Positions 12,693 to 25,825 of a DNA stretch of 64,000 nt are shown here, piece by piece. The first letter of the stretch is position 1; each line of letters begins with the position of its first letter. The stretch spans positions 366,978,001-367,042,000 of the forward strand of contig OZ024743.1 in NCBI GenBank assembly GCA_964016885.1, given 5' to 3'. The translations under genes were made by a program, and so were the position numbers. This DNA is from Eledone cirrhosa (Eukaryota). The notes under the pieces are model-generated. The model saw only the letters and a list, made by a program, of their open reading frames with translations, was not told the origin of the DNA and did no database searches.

Positions 12693-15165
12693 CTACAAGA
12701 AAGACACATTGGACAATTTAGTCGTAGATGTACAGTAAGATGGTATGGTCAAGATTGGAATTCCGTTGATCATAAGTCTGCTTGAATAAGACTGGACGAA
12801 ACAACTATACACACTGCTATTACTACTAACATATTGCTTACCATTGTAAGCATGGACCATAACTAAATTTCGGAAAAATACCCATTTGGAAATGTCATTC
12901 ATAAATAATGGGTTACCAATATGATATATGTCTTCATACTCAAACCAATAAGGGAACCACTATGCTAGAAAAAGCACCCGAACCTCCCTTGGATTATACA
13001 TGTTGGAAAACGTAGTCTTAGATAGTTAATCCGAATAAGAGATGATCATGACTAGAATTCCTTTGATTCTAGATCTGCTGGATCAGGGCTGTCCTATGGC
13101 TAAACTTGTTGCTACTTTACACATTGGCCTTCCATCTTTTATACATAGTTATCACACTCAATGTACTAAATTTCAGCCACTTGTGACGATATCCACATGT
13201 AGTTGCAACAAATAGACCACGAACCATTGAAGGAACCTAGTAGTGTTACATTTTGGTAAGTGGTAGGTGGCTCTTGGTGGTTTTGGGGAGTGGGATAAGA
13301 TTGCAATGCAATCCTAATGGCTTTAAGCAATCCGATATGGAGAATATAAAGCTATTACACCGATAGTAGAGTCAATTAAAATAACAATATATATACTATT
13401 GTTATTAGAAGTATCACGTAGGGCAAGTTAATGAGTGAAATATTCATAACAATTGTTGCTTCTTTTAGCACAAGGCCAGCAATTTGAAGGGAAGAGGAAA
13501 GTCTATTAAATCGACACCAGTGCGTTACTAGTGCTTTATTTTAGCGCCCCCTAAGCATGAAAGGTAAAGCTAACCTCGGCGGAACTATATGATGCAAAGT
13601 ATGCTGTCCGACGCTCTACCGATACTCCCAATCCATCGCCCTCAGAAATATTTAAATTTTTCCCTTCTTTCTTTTTGTTATTGCAAACATTATATAACCG
13701 AATTAAAATTTGTCGAATAAATAATAGCATTTATGTATAGAAATATTTATAGATAAGACGTATTGTCAATAGTAACAATGTCAGCACATGCTAGAAATGT
13801 AAACATTTTTATTGATGATATATATTCTCTTAAGAGGTTCTATAATTCTGTTGTACAAACAATGACCCAATTTTGTGTTTATATATGTGTGTGGTCGGCT
13901 GTAGGTGTGATTTGAAGGCCAAGCTTTGTCGATGATTCTACCTCAGGATCAAATCAAAAGTAACAGGAATACTCAGCCACTTACACTATAATTGAATAAG
14001 TAGGTAGTTCTATTGACAGAACAAACCAGAAAACTCGATAATCGAAATCGACGAAGGCCCATTATATACACATATATATACCCACTATTCAATAACCTTT
14101 AAAATAGACATAGAAAAAAAAGCTTCTTTTTTTTAAGGTAAAATAGAGTAGGTGTAAAAAGAGACTGATGAAGGAGAAAGGCTTAAATAAAGGACAAGGT
14201 TGTCACCTTGCAAGGTTGAATGGTGTTAATGAAGATAAGGTGGGCAATGAGTGCGGAGTAACTAGGCAGACTTGCTAAACATAAATAAACAGATAGATAT
14301 GTATTGGTTTAAAGCTGTTTTTACCCATCCCATTGCTTTTTTTATGAATTGTAATTTTTTAACCTTCCTTTTGATCGATAGATCAAGGCTACAATGTTGT
14401 ATTTAATCGGAGACCAAGGCTTCTTCGTTCAATGTCATATCTAGCCATCACAGGCTTCAATGTCATATTTAACCTACCATTGGAACACGAAATTTACCAT
14501 AGTTTGTTTACAGACATAAAGGAGTGTCTATTGGGGGCGTTGTTTATATAAAAATAGCCAAATTAGCACGCCGTGTCTTTAATGTAATAAATTATACAGA
14601 GAGAGAGATGTCAATCCACTGCACGGTATCACGGGCAAGTTCAGGAATAGACTCATGTCAACCCCAATTCTAATTGAATAACAACCCTAACTAGGTTGTT
14701 GTTGTTTAGCTCCGTAACAATGCAGACCTACAATCAAAGGCATTTCACTCGTACTCATCTCGTCTTTTCGGAGAAATATAGGATCACGTTATTCAATGTT
14801 CTCTTTTCTTTCCCAAGACAGTAGGGTATGATACATAGAAACTGGTATACCATCGGATGGACTGTACCTGTATTTCGAAGACCCACCTTGTTACACACCA
14901 AGTCACTCTAATTATGTCAGTCAGATATAAATGCCTATCAAATACTCATATACTAACACTATAATTCAACTTGTATGTAGCTGCGTTCATAGAATAATTT
15001 AAATACTCATCGTCGATAAACCCAGCATACGTATATACGTGTGTATCCTAGTATTAACATTGGTGTTGTTAAATTATGTAGGTTTATATATAACCGTATC
15101 AAAGTAAAAACAGATAAACGAATTGTAATATTATGAATAGAATTATTAAAGAGAAATATACAAAC

Positions 15166-15231
15166 CTTTGCATCTTGTTTAAGAAATTTAACATTCTGTA
15201 GGAGACACGATCTGAATACATGCGACGCCAT
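15166..15231 (-). CDS. SUCLA2: Probable SUCLA2 first coding exon (mitochondrial targeting peptide)
   Basis: accATGG Kozak context; MASHVFRSCLLQNVKFLKQDAK is presequence-like; followed by donor AAG|GTttgt; upstream of the other exons on the same strand. Confidence 0.7.
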
Positions 15232-15593
15232 GGTATTTAATCACTCTTCTCTGCAGCTACTCTCTTTATCACTCTTGCTGTATTTATTCTTACTCTCGCT
15301 ACACTTCTCAAATCATAACCTCGCTATATTACTCTTATTATATCTACTCTCACTTAAGCCACTCTTACTATATCTATTAACTTGCGCCACTCTCTGTATC
15401 AATTTTGTTCTTTATTTTAAGTAATCAACTTCGGAGCATGAATATTCTGCTTCCTTATATCATAGCAAGTGTCATCTATGTGAAACAAATGCCGACAAAA
15501 AAATAAAGCTTCTTAAAAATTAAATTGCTATTTATTTTGTTTCGAAAATACAAATTATTTTAAATTTATTTCGATACTATACTTTGATTAATC

Positions 15594-16680
15594 TTTTATT
15601 CACAGTTGTATAAAAATATAATTGTTTCTACTTTAGGCACAAGGCCAGCAAATACCAGTACATTACTGGTACTTTATTTTATCGACCCCGTAAGGATGAA
15701 AGGCAAAGTATAAAAATATAATAAAACATAATATACACAAAACAAGCAATATATTTAATTAAGAATACTTTCATTACAGATCATACTTGTATAAAAAATA
15801 TAATAATATACTTACAGAAGGAAAACACAAATATAAACGCCTAAAATAGATTTAAAAAAAGACATAAACAAGAAAAAGTGGATGGGGGTGGGTGATTCGC
15901 CCCCCCCCCCCCCCCCAAGTGCGACAATCACCACATCTACGGGGTTAACTAAATACTTTGAGGCTAGCCAATACACTCGCAGGTGTAGCTGGCCAGGCAC
16001 CCTCACGGTCATCACCTGACACTTCAGTAAGGTGAGCCACCAGTGAAGACAAGAACTTTGCTGCCAGCGGCCCAACTCCACCGAACGTTCGAACACCACA
16101 GGCTGGAAAAAATAATTGCTTGATAAATTCTGGTATTTCCAAATTTTATTCCGTTTGGCAATGGAAGCAGTTTTACTGCGGTGTCCATGATGTGGGAGGG
16201 AGCAAAAGAGTCACTGACTGTGACGTCCCAGATGGGACTCCTACCTCTTACTCAGAGACAAAGAGTATCTTCCGATCACTTCTGGATAAACCAGCCAGCT
16301 CCAGTATTGAGAGGATATTTACCCAAGCCAGGGCCTGTTTGATGATCAGGTTTAACTTTGTGTAACGGGCAAAACGACCATGCTTCAGGAGGCAGGACAA
16401 ACCATGTAGGCCTGTGGAGTCGAGGGACCTACAAAAGTGGCAATGGAGATGCCAAGCTCATCCTGACTGAGAAGACCACCAATGTTGGCTGCAGGCAGGG
16501 CATCAATCCAGTTCCCCGAGAACTTTGCAGTTGCAGAAAGTAAGTGGCACCCAGAAAATTTATCAGAGAGAGAGTTGAAAGTATCCCTCGAACAAAGGTT
16601 GTCCCATACTCTCTGCTTCCATCTATCCTCATCAGTAACGGGAAGTGACAAACCCAGCTCTCTCCACTGTAGTAAATATC
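15594..16680 (-). mobile_element. CRE-like non-LTR retrotransposon 3' fragment (copy 1)
   Basis: Broken frames with SGNWIDALPAANIGGLLS, IPSILELAGLSRSD and FFPACGVRTFGGVGP (restriction-like endonuclease region); 3' end tacaactgtgAATAAA; a SINE fragment with a TSD is inserted in its 3'UTR. Confidence 0.8.
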
Positions 16681-16786
16681 ATTTGTGTTTGTGTTTTCGT
16701 TCTGCAAGTATTATATTATCATATTTTTATACAAGATTGATCTGTAATAAATGTATTAATTTAAATATATTGCTTGCTTTGTAAAG

Positions 16787-16788
<2 letters not shown>

Positions 16789-16832
<44 letters not shown>
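16789..16832. repeat. (TA)n microsatellite (others at 17117-17164, 18257-18282)
   Basis: Direct reading. Confidence 0.95.
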
Positions 16833-16836
<4 letters not shown>

Positions 16837-16857
16837 TAAAATAAAATAACAGATTAA

Positions 16858-16908
16858 AGTTTAAGCAAAGAATCGCTGCTTTCACCCTTGACGGGATCTT
16901 CTGAAACT
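16858..16908 (-). ncRNA. Variant type I hammerhead ribozyme-like fold
   Basis: AGUUU-CAGAAGA-uCCC gucaa GGGu-GAA-AGCA..UGCU-U-AAACU; correct topology but core U4>A and a U.U at the base of stem II. Confidence 0.4.
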
Positions 16909-17112
16909 AACAAAGTCAATCTGTAAACGCAGAAGTGGATATTTCAAAAAACGTTGCAACCGGAGGAAGACAGGAAGACGATACTTTGGTTCGTGGAAAC
17001 ATTCCCTGGCAAAGAACGGGAAAAAACGAATATAATACAGTTCTTATATATTTGATATATATTTATCCTTATCGAGCCCTCTTTGGATTTTAGTCTTCAA
17101 ATTTATTATTAT

Positions 17113-17163
<51 letters not shown>

Positions 17164-17166
<3 letters not shown>

Positions 17167-18050
17167 TCATCATCATCATCATCATCGTTTAACGTCCATG
17201 TTCCACGCTTGCATGGGTTTTCCCACTTGAGGCAAGAGTGGTTGTCTTGCTCGCATAGGACTGTCTGGCGGGTTTTCTACAGCTGGATGCCCTTCCTAAC
17301 ACCAACCACATTTACAGTGTGGGGCTGGGAGGTTTTTACCGTGTTGCCTACACGGCCACATTACAGCGTGGACTGTCTGGCGTATTTTCTATAGCTGGAT
17401 GCCCTTCCTAACACCAACCACATTTACAGTGTGGGACTGGGAGGTTTTTACCGTGTTGCCTACACGGCCACATTACAGCGTGGACTGTGTGTTTTTTGTC
17501 GTGATACCTACACGATCTCATTTGTTTCGGCCTGGATGTTGTGGCACCAACATAACTTTACATTGAAAGGGGCGGTGTGGAGGTGGTGGGACGGGGGTGT
17601 ATTTTGTTAGAGATGCCTACTGACTGTAGTAGGTTTTACTTTGTATTTAGGTAAGGCGGGTCTTCTCTATTACTGAGTACCACCAAAGGTCTTGGTCCAG
17701 TGACATTGTCTTGGAGAGGTGTAAGTGTGTGAGGTCGGAATTTATCAGCTCGTCCCAGGTTTTTCTGGGTCTGCCTACTCCGTGGCTACCATCTATCTTT
17801 ATTGCCCTGCACTTTATTATACAGCTGTCGTCTTTCATGCTCATCACGTGACCATACCAATGTAGCCTTCTCTCGAGTAAACAACATCTGATCCCTCTTA
17901 TTTCTAATTTTTTCCTTAGTTCGTTTATGCTTTGCCGTTCACGTATATTACTATTACACATCTAGCGGAGCATGCAAGCTTCGTTCCTCTCCAGTCTGCG
18001 TATATCCTCTGCACACAATGCCCAGGTCTCACTGCCATGCAACATTGCTA
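17164..18050 (-). mobile_element. RTE LINE 3' fragment
   Basis: ERRLHWYGHV..GRPRKTW, 3'UTR with an internal duplication, (GAT)n tail. Confidence 0.9.
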
Positions 18051-18256
18051 TATATATATAACGAAGGAAGTGTGGTAATGAACCAAGTGGACCATAATGC
18101 ACCAGAGTATTCAATACTTAGGGTAGTAGAGTGGGTAACGGAAAAATGTTTAACCCTGACGGCAGGGCTCAAGCCGTTTCGACGGCTATTGCTGAGTCCA
18201 GGAATAGCCATCGAAACGGCTGCTTGAGCTCTGCCTTTGGGGTTAAACATTTTCCC

Positions 18257-18284
<28 letters not shown>

Positions 18285-18287
<3 letters not shown>

Positions 18288-18634
18288 CTTTGGGAGGGTC
18301 ATGCTACCAATAAAAACACACACACCTGTTGGTTTTCACTTCAATTTATTATAAATTTCTGGTTGGTTGTTTGGCTGGCTGGTTGGTTGGTTGGTTGGTT
18401 GGTTGTTTCGATAACCAGATGGTTGTTGAACACAAAAACAAAATGGTGTAGGACAGAACAAAGGAGAGACACAAAATAAAAACTTAGTTACTGAGGAGGT
18501 CACAGAATGTGTGACAAAAGAGCTTTAACAATATGGTTATCGAACCAACCAGCCAACTGGAAATTTATAATAAATTGAAGTGAAAACCAACAGGTGCGTG
18601 TGTTTTTATTGGCAGCATGACCTTCCCAAAGTAT
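18285..18634. mobile_element. MITE with ~100-130 bp TIRs
   Basis: ATACTTTGGGAgGGTCATGCT... and ...AGCATGACCTTCCCAAAGTAT inverted arms around a short spacer; (GGTT)n expansion in the left arm. Confidence 0.75.
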
Positions 18635-18684
18635 AACAATATATGTTTCAATACACGTTTTCAAATAAGAAATCTTGCAAAACA

Positions 18685-19456
18685 AAGTGAAAAGCAGATT
18701 GTATGATGTTTGTATACGTACAGCGATATTACATGGTAGTGAGACCTGGGCTTTGTGTGCTGAAGACTTGTGTAGATTAGAAAGAAATGAAGCTTGCATG
18801 CTCTGATGGATGGTTAATAGTAATGTATGTGAACAGCAAAGCATAAACAAACTGAGAGAGAGACTTAGCATAAGAGGTATCAAATGTTGTGTTCTGGAGA
18901 GGAGATTGTGTTGGTATGGCCATGTGATGCGTATGAAGGACAACAACTGTATAAAAAAGTGCAGAGCAATCAAAATTGATGGAAGCTACGGAGTGAGTAG
19001 ACCAAGAAAAACCTGGGATGAGGTGATAAAAATTGACCTCGCTCACTTACACCTTTCTAAGACAATGGCTGGATCGAGATCTTTGGCGCCATGCAGTTAT
19101 GCAGAAGACCCGACTACCATTGCATACAAAATTAAACCTACAGTCAGTAGGCACCTCTTAACCCAATACACACCCCACTCCACACACCCTATCCCATCCA
19201 CTGTGTCGGTGACACAACAAAAAGCACCCAGTCCACACTGTAAAGTGGTTGTGTAGGAGACACGGTAAAAAGGCTCCCAGTCCACACTGTAAATGTGGTT
19301 GGTGTTAGGAAGGGCATCTAGCTGTATAAAACCTGCCAGAGACAGTTCCGTACAAGCAAGACAAGACACGGTCTCCCGACCATCCCCGCATCAAATGGAA
19401 CAAAACCGTCTAACCCATGCTAGTGTGGAAGATGGACGTTAAACGATGATGATGAT
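18685..19456 (+). mobile_element. RTE LINE 3' fragment
   Basis: LHGSETW..ERRLCWYGHV..RPRKTW; ends GGACGTTAAACGATGATGAT. Confidence 0.9.
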
Positions 19457-19699
19457 ATATACAAATATGAACGCATAAAAGAGATAAAAAAAGAAGAAAA
19501 AAAGGGGGAATTCATCACCAAGTGTGACAATCGATTGCACATCCCATCTGACGATAGAGGGATACATGTTAACTCCCTAGAATGTGGTGGAAGGGATCGG
19601 GAATGGGAGGACAAAGGCTGATAGGATGTTACAAAATCATTTAGCCATGTGGGTTTCCTGGTCACTTGATGCATGATGATGATGATAATGATGATGATC

Positions 19700-20830
19700 A
19701 TCATCGATTAACATCTATCTTCCATGCTAGCATGGGTTAGACAGGTTTGTCTCATAGAAGCAAGTTGGGTCAGATGACCGTGTCTCGCTCATATGAGAGT
19801 TTCTGGCTGGTTTTCTATGGCTGGATGCCCTTCCTGATGCCAACCACATTGATAGTGTGTGCTGGGTGCTTTTTGCTGTGTCTTTTACATGTCGACTTTA
19901 CAGTGTGGGCTGGGTGTTTTGGGGCTGGTTCTCTATGGCTGGATGCCCTTCCTAATGCCAACCACATTTACAGTGTGTGCTGGGTGCTTTTTATCATGAC
20001 ACTTACACGATCACTTTACAGCGTGGGCTGGATGTTCTTTACAGTGTGGACTGGGCTCCTTTGTTGTGTCACCGACACAACCACTTTACAGTAGGGCCTG
20101 GGCACTTTTGTCTTGTGGACAGGATAGTAGGGGAGGTGAATGAGAGGGGATAGAAGGTTTTGCCTACTAGGTATAAGTCTCATCCCGTAAAACTGCATAG
20201 CACCAGAGGTCGCGGTCTTGAGTCATTGCCTTTGAGAGGTGTAATTGTCCAAGGTCAGCTTTTATTACCTCATCCCAAGTCTTCCTAGGCCTGCTCACAC
20301 CACGGCTACCATTGACTTTGAACGCTCAGCACCTTATTATACAGCTATCATCCTTCATACACATCACATGTCCATACCAATGCAATCTCCTCTCCTGCAC
20401 GCAACAAATTATCCCTCTTAAGCCGAATTTCTCACGCAGTGTATTTATGCTTTGCCATTCAAGTATATTGCTATTGCATATCCAGCAAAGCATGGAGGCT
20501 TCATTTCTTTCCAATCTTCGCAGGTCTTCTGCACACAGTGCCCAGGTCACACAACATTGTTGTTCATATACATGCATCATATAGTCTGCCTTTCATTTTG
20601 AGAGAAAAACCTTTTGTAGTTAGTAACGGTAGTAGCTCCTTGAATTTTCTCCAACCTGATCTCACTGTGGTTACTGTGCTTTCGGAACACCCTCTCCCAC
20701 TACTGATTTGGTCACCCAGATAACAGAAACTATCTACCACTTCAACCGAACCATCTGAACATTTGAAGGTGGTTGTATCCTGAGGGTTCTTGCTACTTAC
20801 TGCCCCTGTGCACCTGCCACAAGAAAAACC
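19700..20830 (-). mobile_element. RTE LINE 3' fragment
   Basis: EDLRRLERNEASML..ERRLHWYGHV; shared 3'UTR. Confidence 0.88.
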
Positions 20831-23269
20831 TACAATAATTTAGCTCTAAACGATGACATTTTTGTTTTTTAACTGGCCACCAATGTTAAATCTAACCAGG
20901 CCATCGGATGGGCATGTAAGAGTGATGGAATACGAAGTTGGGAGTGAGCTAAAACAGGGAAATGAATTCTATGTTTGTGAGATGAATGTTATGTGTATGT
21001 GTGCGAGTGTGTAAACATTTAAAACAGTAATTTCTTCTGTATATTTACATGGTATCAAACCTTTTCTTTACTTGAGAGAATGACTTTATTCAACAAGTAA
21101 ATAGTGTGTATTAAATTTTATATGAGCAGATTAAACTTGCATTGGGTATTAGGCTGAAAATTTAATTATGTACAATATATTATTGATGATAGCAAAAATT
21201 ATAATGGGGCTCTTTAAATGTTGTAGCCCCTGGTTACAGCGCCCACCCCATAAATCCATTACTATAATATAATGTTTATGATTTGCAAAAGGAATAAATA
21301 AAAAAATTCTTAATTGAAATTTACCTTTTAGTTGGAGAAAGAAAACAAAACATTACAGCCATTATTAGTGGTTCTCAAAGTCAAGAGGAAACAATTTCAA
21401 GACATTAAGAATTAAATTCAAAGTTAATTGCACGTTGATCAGAAAATCTATTTTCATTTCTGAATTAAAGATGTTCTTATCTAATAGGTCATATTCAAGA
21501 TCACCAAACACTCACTTTTTGTCCACTTTAACTTTATTTACTGAAACATTGTATAAGTAACTATACCAACAATATGTTTACTGGTGCACGGCTGACTTTG
21601 GTTAAACAGTGATGGTTAAACTTAGCCTCAGACAGATACAAATTGGAGGAAAAGACTTTTTGAAAAACCTTTTTTTTTTCTGGTAGGATGATAAATATTG
21701 TATTGCAGGAAGAGAGATCTCTGCCAATAAATTGTTAAATTTTCTCTTTCTAAACTATTATTTTATATTAACTGACCCCCCAAAAAACAACAGCAATGTT
21801 TTCCAGGAAATATGAAAGTTATGTAGTCAGAACAAACCTGATGTTATGTTGACCAAAATATTTATGGTGGAAATATCTTTGCTTCTTTCAAAGATACTTG
21901 AGAATTTTAGCTAAGAAACCAAACAGTGTAAATTAGTAATTCAATAAAATAAGTACCAGACTGAAATATACACTGGGGTTGATATGGCAGTCTAAAACCC
22001 TAGAAGGCAGTAACTCAGCATTACTAATGACTAAAATTAGTAAAAGAAAAACCAGTCCAATCACTAAAACTAGTAAAATAAAACCACACTGTAATGGTGC
22101 TTTGGTAATTCAAGTTAGTTAAGAGTGCATTGTATTTTTCAGCTTTTTTAAAATAGAGGAAGAGCAGTGCTCATGATCTTTACAGGCCCTCCCAGATTTC
22201 AGATACTGATGTAGTTGATGCTCAATGTAAAATATCAACAGGAAAGGAACTTTGATTAAAATATAGAAACTATTTATCTATACTTCTACAAATCTATTTA
22301 TTAATTTAAACAGGTCAATGGGAGTAAAAAGTAGGCCTGGCTGACTTAATATTGCAATCTAGCCCCAATAAAAATGACATAGTTGTTCATGAACTGAGTA
22401 CTAAAACAAATTAACTACAGGACAAACTATTTTGACTGATACTCTATCACTGATTACAAGAGGTCAGAAAATAGTGATAAATAAAGAATCACAAGACTTC
22501 GTTTTAGAACAGAGCTTCGTAAATGACATAGGAATTTCTTTCATTGATACAAGAGAAAAATACACAGGGGAGTGTTAAAGCCAATGAAATTGACCTCATT
22601 ATATGCCTGGTATATATTTCAAATTTATCCCAGGAGAGGAAAAGTATGCAAGTTGAACCCAGCTGGAACTAATTATTGAAGAGTATTAAATCCAGCACAC
22701 TACAATTTATACTGCTCCATCAACTCCATGTATAATATGATGCCTTCATTTATCTTTTCAGTTCTGAAGGGAAGGACTGTTTGGTAAAGATTTAAGAGTA
22801 AACACAGAAAATAATAATTTCAACTGAAATGAGTTTGTCAGAATGTATACATTTATAATGGCTTAATCAGTTTTAGCCCCACCATAAGCTATTTTTACAA
22901 TTAGTCATGTATCATCATCAACATTTAATATGTATTTTCCATGATTGCTTGTCATGTTCTGAGACTAGACAAGTAGGGTGATCATGTTTTGCTCATACAT
23001 TCCATTTTGGGCTTGGTTTTCTATGGCTGACCATCCTTCCTAACACCAACCATTGTAGAGCATGTACTAAAAGTATTTTTTGTGGCACCAGCACTACCAC
23101 CTTACAGAATGAACTGGGTGGTTTTTATTGCAGCACAAGCATTACCACCTTACAGGAGTGGCTGTTTTTTGTCATGATACTTTTTCTAAGTATCTTTTCC
23201 ATTAGCTATTGCAGTAATACTATTTAGTACTTAAAATCTTAAATTCTCTGTATTAGAATGATCTCTATT

Positions 23270-23470
23270 ATAGGCACAAGGCCAGCAATTTTGGGGGAGG
23301 GGAAAGTCGATTAAATTGACCCCAGTGCATTACGAGTACTTTATCGATCCTGTAAGGATGAAAGGCAAAGCTAATCGTGGCGGGATTTGAACTCAGACCA
23401 TAAGGGGCGTAACTCTATGCTGCAAAGCATGGTGTCCGACTCTCTACTGATACTGCTAATCCACCACCCT
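23270..23470 (-). mobile_element. tRNA-derived SINE, related subfamily (other copies near 13460-13645, 32250-32395, 35590-35945, 37205-37400, 43415-43535)
   Basis: Reverse complement carries the same head, B-box and central domain, with an extra CCCTCCCCCAAA segment near the tail. Confidence 0.8.
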
Positions 23471-24973
23471 TTGTATTAGAATGATAGCAAAGGTTAGGGG
23501 TTCCAAGTAGATGTGAACTCAGAGACAATCAAGATTTTAATTTGTTTTATTGCATAAAAAAAGAAAAGAAAAGCCTATCATTTTCACGATACACCTGCAA
23601 TGACTGATTAGAAATAATTACCTTAGCTTTCTTGAATTTTAATATATATAAAGCAAGGTTAAAAATGTCAACAAATATTAGTATTTCAACAACTTTATAT
23701 TTTTGAAAATAAAAATACATTTAATAGTTAGACCAACCCTATCTTTCTAACTTCAACAATTAAATTTGCAGTGAGAAAAATCTGTTTTGATAATACAAAA
23801 AATGAGCCTAAATAAGGTTTGTTTTCGTTGTCATAATTTTTCATATGTACATAGTATTGATTTCTAGCACTGAGTGGATGGACCAATCCATGAACCAATT
23901 TCATACCTAATCACTTAGAACTGCTCTGGATTTATGATAAAAAACTGCTCATTTTATATTAAAATCTTTCATTGTAATTCTATTTTAGAAATGTTTGTTA
24001 AGTAACATTATAAATACCAGCTTACTAAAGAAAAACCTAGTTACTTTATTAAATTCCTCCAAATTTTTTGATATTTTCAAAATTAATCAAAACATATAAG
24101 CAGTGCATGTCATATGTGACAACCCGTCTAACCCATGCAAGCATGGAAAATATACATAAAACAGTGATGATGACATTTCCCTTTTAGTTGCCCTCATTAT
24201 AAAATAACAAGTTGTAACTGGTTCAATAAGTAAAGCCATCTGAGTTAAAATCAACTTGAAGTTAAAACTACTCTCAGATCCCTAGCTTTATTGAATATGC
24301 TTTAGAAAACATTTATTTAACAATTTTTACATACAGATATGTGAGCAGTTCATTGACCACATTGGACAGTTGACCATTGTCTTCACAGATAAAAAAAAAA
24401 GAAGCTTTTTGATATACAGAAACAGACTGGAGTGTAGTAGAACTCTATAATGTCATAAACTAACTCCTGGACAATATTTAAGCTATTTCCATAAGTAGTA
24501 TGAACATCAGAAGGATTGGTTTAAGATCTTGCCCAAGTCAGTGTTGTGTCTCACCATCTCTTTTGTTCAGCATGCACTATGGATCATGAGAGAGGCCCAG
24601 AACAAGTTGCTATTTGCCGACGATCACTGCCTACACATAAGAAAGAAGAATATCTCTAAAAGTATTTTGCTACCACAAGGTATGTGAAAAGTATGATTTG
24701 AAAATTAACATTAGTAAAATAAAGGTAATGAAGGTTTGCAGATCATTAGGCAACCTTAACACCGACATCAATAAATAAAAGCATTTAAGTACTAAAGAAG
24801 TATCTTAACTGAAGATGGAAGATTAAACTGAGAGATTGAGACCGAAGTTCAGAAGACCACTAACATCAGCTAATAAACTGCTCCACTATTGATACACTAA
24901 TATCCCCAATGAAATCTAAAGCAATCAACTCAATCTTTATTCCTTTTCATACATCAATGCCAAGCCTCTAGTG

Positions 24974-25825
24974 CAAGGATTGGCAACCCTTGGCCCGCCA
25001 ACAGATTTCAATCTTAGGCTAAGCGATCCCTGAAAAAGTACTCTGAATTATTTTGGATGAGAATACCGACTAGAGAACACGTCTAGCCACAAGACTGACT
25101 TAGCTGAACATCATTTTTTGCATGACAGTAACAAACAATCAAACTCAGACAGATAGAATAGTCAGACATCGAAGTCAAGAGGACTGTGTATTCGTGTATA
25201 TATAGGCCTGTACAGACTTCACTTTAAATTACTTGGGTCTCTGTACGAAACAGATGTGGAGACAGTGGAAGAAAAGCATCAGTTGGAGTTGATTGACTTA
25301 CACTGTGATGAATTTTTGAAATCAAAATTTATTCCAAATCAGTCACTGACTTTTACAAGAAATATGTTTTGCCAAGTGGAAAGTATAAAAACCTCTTGAA
25401 TAATGCAAAAATGCTAGTATCATTATTTGGCAGTATGTATACATATGAACAGCTTTTACCCAAAACGAAATATACCAAAAATTGTTTAAGAAGAAGGCTG
25501 TGTGGTGTGATGACCATCTGGACAATGTTCTACTCCTGTCCTCGACAAATATTTCACCTGATATAGAGAAGCTATCCAACGGCAAAAACATGTATCTTAT
25601 TATACAATTTACCAGTTCTACCTGTATTTTATTTAGAGTAAGGAATGTCATGAAAGTAATATCACATAAAATTAATTGTTCTTCTTTAAATCCTGGGATT
25701 AAGGTAGCGTTCTGGACAGAGCAGTTTGAGATTGAGCAAATTTATTATATTTTAATATCATAGCCTGCCGCCGAGGCACTGCATAGCTGTATAGCCCACA
25801 CACCCCAAAAGGTTGCCGACCCCTG
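24974..25825 (+). mobile_element. hAT (Charlie/Buster-type) DNA transposon, internally deleted
   Basis: TIRs CAaGGatTGGCAACC / GGTTGCCGACCCCTG; 8-bp TSD CTCTAGTG/CTCTAGAG; transposase C-terminal remnant (QLELIDLHCD, LFGSMYTYEQL, DDHLDNVL). Confidence 0.88.

Noticed and set aside
18140-18255. Hammerhead ribozyme suggested by CTGA and CGAAAC motifs
   Set aside because: No CUGANGA core in the right topology on either strand; kept only as a plain hairpin.
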